Shown here: positions 1-6,557 of the stretch, in pieces | Position numbering within the stretch: the first letter of the stretch is position 1 | Layout of the letters: the number at the start of each line of letters is the position of its first letter | Assembly (NCBI GenBank): GCA_964573245.1 | Contig: CAZNJA010000044.1 | Location: forward strand, 1-11,270 | Length of the DNA stretch: 11,270 nt | Source of the DNA: an uncultured bacterium | Lineage (GTDB): Bacteria > CAIJMQ01 | Direction: 5' to 3' | Position numbers and translations under genes: made by a program | Notes under the pieces: generated by a model | Databases searched by the model: none | Told to the model about the DNA's origin: nothing | What the model saw: the letters and a program-made list of their open reading frames with translations, nothing else

Positions 1-357
1 AAAGACCCCACCAAAGTGGACCGTTCTGCAGCTTATATGGCAAGATATTTGGCTAAGAATGTCGTAGCAAGCGGTTTGGCGCAAGAATGCATGGTTCAAT
101 TGGCTTATGTTATCGGCTTGAAAGAACCTGTTTCGATCATGGTGAATACGCAGGGAACCGGAAGAATTTCCGATGAAAAAATAACGAAAATTATTCGGGA
201 TAATTTCGACCTTTCTCCGCGTGGGATAATAGACTATTTAAAACTGCGCAGGCCGATTTATAGAAAAACAGCTTCGTATGGCCACTTTGGCAGAAACGAC
301 GAAGATTTTACTTGGGAAAAAACAAATAAAACCAGCCTTTTTGCAAGAAACATTTAA
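1..357 (+). CDS. metK: S-adenosylmethionine synthetase, C-terminal part (5' truncated by window)
   Basis: Frame 1 is open from base 1 and reads [29 protein letters not shown] and [19 protein letters not shown], the canonical MetK C-terminal motifs. The ORF-track start at 16 is an internal GTG. Confidence 0.97.
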   Translation, partial: KDPTKVDRSAAYMARYLAKNVVASGLAQECMVQLAYVIGLKEPVSIMVNTQGTGRISDEKITKIIRDNFDLSPRGIIDYLKLRRPIYRKTASYGHFGRNDEDFTWEKTNKTSLFARNI

Positions 358-359
358 AT

Positions 360-365
360 AGGAGG
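360..365 (+). promoter_or_regulatory. Shine-Dalgarno site for guaB3
   Basis: AGGAGG 5 nt upstream of the ATG at 371. Confidence 0.85.
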
Positions 366-370
366 TTTTC

Positions 371-1531
371 ATGAGTAGTTTCATTGGCGTAAACAAAAAA
401 GCAAGGCAATCCTACGGTTTTGACGAAATTGCTTTATCACCCAGCTCTATTACCATAAATCCGGAAGAAGTAAATACCAATTGGAAAACCGGCAAATATG
501 AATTTGCAGTCCCGATTATAGCGGCCGCTATGGACGGGGTGGTTGACCCGAAATTTGCCGTAGCAATGGGTAAATTAGGTGGGTTAGCCATTCTTAATCT
601 TGAGGGAGTCCAGACTAAATACGAAAATCCCGATGAGGTTATAGGAAAAATAGTCAAAAGCAGCGGCGAAGAAGCTACTCGTTTAGTTCAACGCATTTAC
701 GAAGAACCTATAAAGGAAAAGTTGGTGGAAAAAAGAATACGGGAAATAAAAAAAGCCAAAGTACCTGCCATAGTATCTTGCATACCTCAAAAAGCCGAAA
801 GATTGGGGAAGATAGCGCAAGAGTCCGGTGCTGACATCTTTGTAGTCCAGTCTACGGTTTTAACGGTAAAACATATCACGACTAAATATGAATCCGTAGA
901 TTTAAAAAAGTTTTGCAACCAAATGAAAATCCCGGTAATTCTCGGCAATTGCGTTACTTATAATGTAGGACTAGAACTTATGCAGGCAGGAGCATCCGCA
1001 GTGCTCGTAGGTATCGGGCCTGGCGCAGCATGCACTACAAGAGGTGTTTTGGGTATAGGTGTCCCGCAGGTTACCGCAATATCCGATGTGGCGGCAGCAA
1101 GAGATTTTTATTACAAAAAGACAAAGAAATATATACCGATTATTGCGGACGGCGGAATGAGAACAGGTGGAGACCTTTGTAAAGCAATCGCGTGCGGAGC
1201 CGATGCAGCTGTTATAGGTTCAATACTTGCACGAGCCAAAGAATCTCCGGGCAAAGGCTATCACTGGGGAATGGCAACTCCTCATCCTAATTTACCGCGT
1301 GGAACCAGAATATATGTGGGAACCACAGGGCCATTGAAAGAAATTCTGTTTGGACCTGCCAGAACCGATGACGGTTCACAGAATCTTATGGGAGCGCTTC
1401 AGACATCGATGGGCAATCTTGGCGCAAAAAACATAAAAGAGATGCATAAAGTGGAAATCATAATCGCTCCTTCTATTCAGACAGAAGGCAAACTTTTCCA
1501 GAGTGTTCAAAGGGTGGGGATGGGGAAGTAA
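371..1531 (+). CDS. guaB3: GuaB3-family IMP dehydrogenase (no CBS domains)
   Basis: N-terminal [21 protein letters not shown] and LNLEGVQT; catalytic loop [11 protein letters not shown] with Cys; [22 protein letters not shown]-terminal TEGK..Q..Q.VGMG. 386 aa. Confidence 0.9.
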   Translation: MSSFIGVNKKARQSYGFDEIALSPSSITINPEEVNTNWKTGKYEFAVPIIAAAMDGVVDPKFAVAMGKLGGLAILNLEGVQTKYENPDEVIGKIVKSSGEEATRLVQRIYEEPIKEKLVEKRIREIKKAKVPAIVSCIPQKAERLGKIAQESGADIFVVQSTVLTVKHITTKYESVDLKKFCNQMKIPVILGNCVTYNVGLELMQAGASAVLVGIGPGAACTTRGVLGIGVPQVTAISDVAAARDFYYKKTKKYIPIIADGGMRTGGDLCKAIACGADAAVIGSILARAKESPGKGYHWGMATPHPNLPRGTRIYVGTTGPLKEILFGPARTDDGSQNLMGALQTSMGNLGAKNIKEMHKVEIIIAPSIQTEGKLFQSVQRVGMGK

Positions 1532-1534
1532 CTA

Positions 1535-1586
1535 AAAAATCAAAAATTAAAAATAAAATATCAAAAATACATATCAAAATAAAAAA
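1535..1586 (+). repeat. A-rich 7-bp-period array (heptad arm) just after the guaB3 stop
   Basis: aaaaatc aaaaatt aaaaata aaatatc aaaaata catatcaaaat aaaaaa. 1542-1580 aligns ungapped with 10443-10481 at 31/39. Confidence 0.7.
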
Positions 1587-1674
1587 TTTATATTTAGTCT
1601 ATAGTTATATTCCCTAAATCACTATTCGTAGTTCAGCATTATTTTTGTAATAAATATCACTAAATTGCAACTAT

Positions 1675-2181
1675 ATGCAAGAAAAAGAGATTACTGAGTT
1701 CGTAAAACCTCTTTATGAACAAAAAGACAGCATGCATAATTTTAAGCACATTCTTAGAATTAAAAAGCGGGTCAATTTATACAAAAAAGATTACAAAAAA
1801 ATTGATGAACGGAAATTGAAATTCTTAATATATTTTCACGGTTTAGGAAAGTATGTAAGAGGGCACGAAGAAAAAATTATCAAAAGGGGTTTTCCTAAGC
1901 AATGGGTTAAATCGTTATATAGACATACTAAAAACCCACAAACAATTGAAGAAAAATTAGTAAGCGATGCGAATTTATGTGAAGCAGTGGGTAGGTATGG
2001 AATAAAGAAATCCTTGCAAGTTGGAAAAGAAAGAAATCAAACCCTAGAACAAACACTCAAAATCATGCAAAATAATATCGGTAAAGCGAAGTTTTATACA
2101 AGGAAAGGAAAAGAGTTCGGCGAATCTGGAATAGAAGTTGCCAAAGAATTTTTGAAGAATTCAAATAACGATAAACATTAG
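1675..2181 (+). CDS. HD-domain-like protein with degenerate metal-binding motif
   Basis: Layout H21xxxH25 ... LIYFH55G ... H84 ... PQTIEEKLVSD98AN.CEAVG..GI ... FYT..GK matches small HD hydrolases (HDxxH / LLHD / P.T.E.K...DAD.LDA.GA.GI), but HD is HG and DAD is DAN. No clear SD. Confidence 0.65.
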   Translation: MQEKEITEFVKPLYEQKDSMHNFKHILRIKKRVNLYKKDYKKIDERKLKFLIYFHGLGKYVRGHEEKIIKRGFPKQWVKSLYRHTKNPQTIEEKLVSDANLCEAVGRYGIKKSLQVGKERNQTLEQTLKIMQNNIGKAKFYTRKGKEFGESGIEVAKEFLKNSNNDKH

Positions 2182-2184
2182 CTA

Positions 2185-2226
2185 TTGTTTTTTGTGTCTT
2201 GTATCTTGTTTCTTGGTTATTGGTTA
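2185..2226 (-). repeat. Six tandem heptads overlapping the coaD stop codon
   Basis: Plus strand ttgtttt ttgtgtc ttgtatc ttgtttc ttggtta ttggtta, with TTG at exact 7-nt spacing. Confidence 0.75.
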
Positions 2227-2705
2227 TCAAGCAGTTTCTCTTTGAGTTTCTTTTCTACAATGGGTGGGACGAATTGGCTTAAATCTGCCCCTAAAGGAGC
2301 AATGTCCTTTATCAATCTTGAGCTTAGGTATGAGTAAGTTTCTGAAGGCATCATAAATATTGTTTCCAGTTCAGGAGCAAGCTTTCTGTTGGATAAAGCC
2401 ATTCTAAATTCGTATTCAAAATCTGATGTTGCTCTTATTCCTCTTAATATAATATTGCACTGCTTTTCACACGCATAATCTATTAAAAGTCCCTTAAAAT
2501 TTTCTATTTCTATGTTGTCCATTCCATCTACGGTTGCTTTCAACATTTCCACTCTTTCTTCAAGAGAAAACAGAGGGTTTTTATATGGGTTTGAAGAAAC
2601 TGCAACAATGAGCACGTCAAATATCTTGACAGCTCTTTTTATTAAATCTAAATGGCCCAAAGTTAGCGGGTCAAAAGTACCAGGATAAATTATCTTTTTC
2701 GTCAT
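2217..2705 (-). CDS. coaD: Pantetheine-phosphate adenylyltransferase
   Basis: YPGTFDPLTLGHLDLIKRA, K.PLFSLEER, RGIRATSDFEYE and YSYLSSRLIK motifs. Confidence 0.97.
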   Translation of the reverse strand: MTKKIIYPGTFDPLTLGHLDLIKRAVKIFDVLIVAVSSNPYKNPLFSLEERVEMLKATVDGMDNIEIENFKGLLIDYACEKQCNIILRGIRATSDFEYEFRMALSNRKLAPELETIFMMPSETYSYLSSRLIKDIAPLGADLSQFVPPIVEKKLKEKLLDNQ

Positions 2706-2726
2706 ATTTTTTCTCGCCTTTTTTAA

Positions 2727-2735
2727 ATTCTATCA
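2727..2735 (-). promoter_or_regulatory. Putative extended -10 promoter for coaD
   Basis: Minus strand TG-a-TAGAAT about 21 nt upstream of the coaD ATG; no good -35. Confidence 0.4.
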
Positions 2736-2755
2736 TAAATAATCAATTTATTTTA

Positions 2756-2784
2756 TTGTAAACTGCCGATTTTCCCTTTATAAT
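2756..2784 (+). promoter_or_regulatory. Putative sigma70 promoter for rpe
   Basis: TTGTAA (2756-2761), 17-nt spacer, TATAAT (2779-2784). Confidence 0.65.
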
Positions 2785-2794
2785 ACACTCAAGA

Positions 2795-3502
2795 ATGGAA
2801 AGAAAAATAATTTTTGCAACGTCTATTTTGTCTTCGGACTTTTCTAAACTGGCGGAAGAAATCAAAAAATGTGAAGATGCCGGAGCCGATAGAATACATT
2901 TAGACGTTATGGACGGACATTTTGTTCCCAATCTTACATTCGGTCCCGTAGTCGTGGAATCAATAAGGAAAACAACATCTCTCCCCTTGGATGTCCATTT
3001 GATGATTGAAAAGCCCGCAAACTATATAGACGATTTTATAAATGCAGGCGTTAATTTGATTGCTTTTCATGTTGAAGAATATCCGGGCAAAAACTCGCCT
3101 GTGCCCGAAAAGGGCGTTTATCCCCGCACAACCATAGATGTAGACAAAGAAAAATTGCAGGGGATGATTCGCAAAATAAAATCAAAAGGTATAAAAGTTT
3201 CTCTTGCATTAAATCCGCCGACACCTTTCTTTGCACAAGACCTGTCAGACGAACTGGATGAAATTCTTATAATGACGGTAAATCCGGGTTTTGGAGGGCA
3301 GGTGCTGATTGCTTCCACGCTTGAGAAGATAAGAGATGTAAGAAGCAACTTTTTAAAAGATATAAAAGTTGACGGTGGAATTAATGGAGATAGTATCAAA
3401 GATATAAGAGATGCCGGAGCAAATATTTTTGTAATCGGCAGTTACTTTTTCCGTTCACAAAACCCCAAAGAAGCCCTCAAAAAGCTGCGCGATTTACTTT
3501 AA
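2795..3502 (+). CDS. rpe: Ribulose-phosphate 3-epimerase with internal insertion
   Basis: SILSSDF, IHLDVMDGHFVPNLTFG, LDVHLMI, MTVNPGFGGQ, VDGGIN and GSYFF motifs. Confidence 0.96.
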   Translation: MERKIIFATSILSSDFSKLAEEIKKCEDAGADRIHLDVMDGHFVPNLTFGPVVVESIRKTTSLPLDVHLMIEKPANYIDDFINAGVNLIAFHVEEYPGKNSPVPEKGVYPRTTIDVDKEKLQGMIRKIKSKGIKVSLALNPPTPFFAQDLSDELDEILIMTVNPGFGGQVLIASTLEKIRDVRSNFLKDIKVDGGINGDSIKDIRDAGANIFVIGSYFFRSQNPKEALKKLRDLL

Positions 3503-3936
3503 CTTTCAATAATTATCGTCACAGGCCCGTCGTTTGCCAAACTGACAAGCATATGCTCGCCAAATATTCCGATTTTGGGTGTAAATCCTTCTTGCTCTAA
3601 CTTTTTTAAGAACTTTTCAAATAGAACTTTGGCTTCTTTGGTGTTTTTTGCCCTCTCAAAAGATGGCCTCCTACCCTTTTCAGTATTGGCATGTAAAGTG
3701 AACTGCGGCACAACTAAAATTTCCCCCTTTATATCCTTCAGGGAAAGATTCATTTTGCCTGCTCTATCTTCAAAAATCCTTAAATTTATAACCTTATCTA
3801 CCAATTTATCTACATCTTCTAAAGTGTCGTTGATTCCTATCCCCAATAAAAGCAAAAGTCCCTTTTTTATATTTGCAACTTCTTTATTGTTAACTTCTAC
3901 TTTTGCGTTTTTAACTCTTTGGATTACTACTCTCAT
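3499..3936 (-). CDS. dtd: D-aminoacyl-tRNA deacylase
   Basis: MRVVIQRV, LRIFED..GKMN.S, PQFTL, KGRRPSF and FG.HM.VSL.NDGPVT motifs. The stop codon overlaps the rpe stop (TTAA, 3499-3502). Confidence 0.96.
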   Translation of the reverse strand: MRVVIQRVKNAKVEVNNKEVANIKKGLLLLLGIGINDTLEDVDKLVDKVINLRIFEDRAGKMNLSLKDIKGEILVVPQFTLHANTEKGRRPSFERAKNTKEAKVLFEKFLKKLEQEGFTPKIGIFGEHMLVSLANDGPVTIIIES

Positions 3937-4150
3937 ATATTTCGAAAAGTTTATTGCTTGTTTTAGAGCCTCTTATTAATCGGATTTTATTTTGAGGTAT
4001 TTTCAAAAAAGATGCAAGCGCTTTAGTTACGGCTATATTTGCCTGCCCTTGCATCGGTTTTGCTCTCACCTTAACTTGGAAACTGTCTAAGGATTTTCTA
4101 ATAACTTCCTCTTTTTTTGAATTTGTAGAAACTTTTACTTTGATGAGCAT
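3911..4150 (-). CDS. DUF167 (UPF0235/YggU-like) protein
   Basis: I.VKV..NSK, V.V.A.P.QG.AN, LA.FL.IP...I.LIRG..S.NK pattern; 79 aa; overlaps the dtd start. Confidence 0.88.
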   Translation of the reverse strand: MLIKVKVSTNSKKEEVIRKSLDSFQVKVRAKPMQGQANIAVTKALASFLKIPQNKIRLIRGSKTSNKLFEIYESSNPKS

Positions 4151-4247
4151 GATTTTAGAAATTAGAGGTTTAATATAACTTTAGAAATATTCTAACAAAT
4201 TAATTTACTATTGTTTAATGGTGGATTCGATTATCGACATTATACTC

Positions 4248-5276
4248 CTAGCGCCATTGGCTTTGAATGTCGTAGGTTCCGTGGCGTTTAAATTTCCTCG
4301 CGAACTTTCGCCAATCATCCCCAATCAGTCCATCCATGGAACATTCTCCCATAGCTTCCTCCTGGAGATAATAAAGATAGCCAATCTCTTCGGGCTGAAA
4401 TCCTATAAGCCGGGCACCAAGACTATCTGCTTTGACAGGATCCGTAGAAGCAACTGCACAATTCAATGAAAGAGCTGTACCATCTATAGGCCCATCACCT
4501 TCCATGCACATAAAACCGTCAAGAACGACCAAATCAGGCCAGAGTCTTTTAGAAAACTCCACTATATTCCGATGAATCATTTTTACGCTCTTCCGGTACG
4601 TGGGATATTGCCTGAACAAGAAATTAATGAGCCCATTGGGAAAAATTCTTCTTGCTCTTGAGATTGTTCCCGGCGGCAGTTTATCTAAGAGTGTTTTGGG
4701 GGCATCCACCCCAACACCACCTTTCATCCCATGAATCATTGACATATCTTGCCGCATTACCAGACCTGCCATGTTCTTGATCCCAAAGGTTGCAATAGCA
4801 AAATTGTGTGTTTTAGGAATCGATAAGGAGATTTTATAGTCAAATTCATTAGCCCGTTTAGTAATCCTCAGTTGTGTATCTCCGACTATAGACAAGATCG
4901 GACTGTATAGAAAATCTTTATCTTCGTCAAAATGAATCAAAGAGACATTGTAATATTTTTTCTCAAGCCGGGTGTAATCATAATCTTCAAACACCCTTGC
5001 AGTGGAGATCCCGTTATAAAAAGCACTGGCAGAAGATTCTCCGACAGTAATGGGGGTATCAGGAACGATGTCCCGCAAAAATTCTATCACAGCCTCTATT
5101 GCATCTACGTGAGTATTGGCAAAATCCGGTGTAAGCGCTACCAAATTGGGTTTAATAAGAATGTTTTTGGCCTTCTTTATTGGCTCCAAATCCTCTTGAA
5201 TTAATGTAAGACACCTTGTAATATTACCTTTCCTGCCCCCTCCTCCTGCCAAGGCTAATTTCTTTTTTGTATTCAT
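4248..5276 (-). CDS. DUF362 domain-containing protein
   Basis: ILIKPNLV, ITVGES, PKTH, GIKNMAG, DGF.CMEGDGP.DG and DPVKAD motifs. ATG at 5276 preferred to the TTG at 5294. No C-terminal CxxCxxC ferredoxin module. Confidence 0.85.
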   Translation of the reverse strand: MNTKKKLALAGGGGRKGNITRCLTLIQEDLEPIKKAKNILIKPNLVALTPDFANTHVDAIEAVIEFLRDIVPDTPITVGESSASAFYNGISTARVFEDYDYTRLEKKYYNVSLIHFDEDKDFLYSPILSIVGDTQLRITKRANEFDYKISLSIPKTHNFAIATFGIKNMAGLVMRQDMSMIHGMKGGVGVDAPKTLLDKLPPGTISRARRIFPNGLINFLFRQYPTYRKSVKMIHRNIVEFSKRLWPDLVVLDGFMCMEGDGPIDGTALSLNCAVASTDPVKADSLGARLIGFQPEEIGYLYYLQEEAMGECSMDGLIGDDWRKFARKFKRHGTYDIQSQWR

Positions 5277-5389
5277 CGCGTTTCTCTTATGCAACGAATA
5301 ATCAAACTCAAAATTAATATCTATCTTTCATGTAAAAGAATTCCGTTTTTATATTTATCCTTCTTTTATTATTTTTGTACTTGGCAGAT

Positions 5390-5487
5390 AGGCAAAGTCT
5401 CACAGGCGGACCCGCCATCTCGTCCGCAATCTACGATTGTGAGACAGATGTCGAGGTCTCGCCAATTTTTGCCTGCAAAAATTGGCG
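5390..5487. repeat. GC-rich palindrome cluster at the tRNA-Ser 3' end
   Basis: Inverted repeats gtctcaca/tgtgagac (5397-5404/5438-5445), ggcgg/ccgcc (5405-5416), caatc/gattg (5427-5439) and cgccaatttttgc/gcaaaaattggcg (5460-5472/5475-5487). Confidence 0.65.
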
Positions 5488-5572
5488 GAGAGGTTGGGAT
5501 TCGAACCCAAGGTGGAGTTACCCCCACAACTGCTTAGCAGGCAGCTGCCTTCAACCACTCGGCCACCTCTCC
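5483..5572 (-). tRNA. tRNA-Ser(GCT), CCA encoded
   Basis: Acceptor stem GGAGAGG/CCTCTCC, D arm GCC-GAGTGGTTGAA-GGC, anticodon arm GCTGC-CTGCTAA-GCAGT, long variable arm GTGGGG-GTAA-CTCCAC, T arm TTGGG-TTCGAAT-CCCAA, discriminator G plus CCA; 90 nt. Confidence 0.98.
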
Positions 5573-5597
5573 TTGTTAACCCCAAACATATATTTAT

Positions 5598-5969
5598 TTA
5601 TTCAAGAAGTTTTTTTAGAATTTCTCCTACCTGTTTGACGGTTGCTTTTTCTTTACTTAGATAATGAGCGCCTTGGAGTATTCTATTGTCAAATTCTTGT
5701 TTTTCTAAACCTGTGTAAAAAATTATCAATGTATTGCTATATTCTGGAGTTTTCTTTAGGTAATCCCTTATTGAACCTCCGTGCCCATGCATAACTATAT
5801 CTAATACTGCGGCGTCTATTTGCAGCTTTTTTTCTGACAGCGCCTTTATGGCAACAGTGCCGTCGGGAAAATCTATAACTGTATAACTGCAATCGGTTTC
5901 TATTGTAACTTTTAACGATTTTCTTATAAGTTCGTCGTCTTCCACCAATAAAACAGTTTTTTTATCCAT
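5598..5969 (-). CDS. Stand-alone response regulator receiver (CheY-like) protein
   Basis: VLLVEDD, AVLDIVM phosphoacceptor Asp, IIFYTG and YLSK. Start at ATG 5969 preceded by AAGGTGGAG; overlaps the flavodoxin stop; 123 aa. Confidence 0.88.
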   Translation of the reverse strand: MDKKTVLLVEDDELIRKSLKVTIETDCSYTVIDFPDGTVAIKALSEKKLQIDAAVLDIVMHGHGGSIRDYLKKTPEYSNTLIIFYTGLEKQEFDNRILQGAHYLSKEKATVKQVGEILKKLLE

Positions 5970-6489
5970 TTTTTTCTCCACCTTTCGTTGAAAACGGAAT
6001 TGGGGACGATTCAAGAATAAATCCTATCTTCTTCTTTAGGTTATCTGCATCCCTGCCGGTTATTTTATTAGATATGGAGAAAGAATAAATTTCTTTTAGT
6101 CCCTTTTGAAATAATTCTTTTTTCATAATTCTTAATGCTCTTTCTTTTCCGGTTCCACTGGCGTATGTTACAAAAACGGCTGCATTTTTGCCTTCAAGCC
6201 CAACACATTTTTTGAAGAACGCGTTGACTTGGGGCGTTGGCGAAAACGCCCATACAGGGCTACCCACAATGACAAAATCAAATTCTTTCATATCCCACTC
6301 GGATTGTTCACTTTTCGTTTTTACGCGAAAAAGCGCTTTGAGAGAATTTCCGATAAAAGTTCCCAATTCCCCTCCCAATTTTATAAGAGAAACTTTTATG
6401 CCTTTGCTTTCAAGTTGTCTTTCTATTTCTATGGCGGCTTTTTCGGTGTTTCCTGTTAGGGAAAAATATACAATCGAAACTTTTATCAT
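5962..6489 (-). CDS. Flavodoxin-family protein
   Basis: IVYFSLTGNTEKAA FMN-phosphate loop, VIVGSPVWA and GKNAAVFVTY.SG motifs; SD GAGGAGG at 6497-6503. Confidence 0.9.
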   Translation of the reverse strand: MIKVSIVYFSLTGNTEKAAIEIERQLESKGIKVSLIKLGGELGTFIGNSLKALFRVKTKSEQSEWDMKEFDFVIVGSPVWAFSPTPQVNAFFKKCVGLEGKNAAVFVTYASGTGKERALRIMKKELFQKGLKEIYSFSISNKITGRDADNLKKKIGFILESSPIPFSTKGGEKNG

Positions 6490-6517
6490 TGGATTGCCTC
6501 CTCATTTTAATTGGGTA

Positions 6518-6547
6518 ATTATATTACTTATCGCAGCTGTTCTTCAA
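6518..6547 (-). promoter_or_regulatory. Putative sigma70 promoter for the flavodoxin-receiver(-tRNA) unit
   Basis: Minus strand TTGAAG (6547-6542), 18-nt spacer, TATAAT (6523-6518), upstream of a strong SD. Confidence 0.55.
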
Positions 6548-6557
6548 ACTTGCGGTC

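Noticed and set aside
1535-2226. Heptad arrays considered as CRISPR repeats
   Set aside because: The units are 7 bp and contiguous, with no spacers and no cas genes.
3499-3502. Overlapping stop codons of the convergent rpe and dtd genes
   Set aside because: A common compact-genome arrangement, not evidence of a special mechanism.
4155-4195. TTAGAAA/TTAGAGG words and the palindrome ttagaa-ata-ttctaa upstream of DUF167
   Set aside because: Only two adjacent units and a 6-bp AT-rich stem; could be a decayed heptad array or an operator but is not distinguishable from chance.
5289-5664. Four short ORFs (5289-5537, 5375-5638, 5400-5585, 5482-5664)
   Set aside because: They overlap tRNA-Ser and its palindromic trailer; these are typical shadow ORFs with no protein motifs.
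5996-6012. AATTGGGGACG in the flavodoxin 3' extension, resembling the GGGAC core of the 10521 element
   Set aside because: There is no complementary GTCCC arm nearby; a single short word is insufficient.
5970-6014. Longer ORF-track start for the receiver protein
   Set aside because: The ATG at 5969 has an SD and begins the receiver fold; the extension lies inside the flavodoxin gene.
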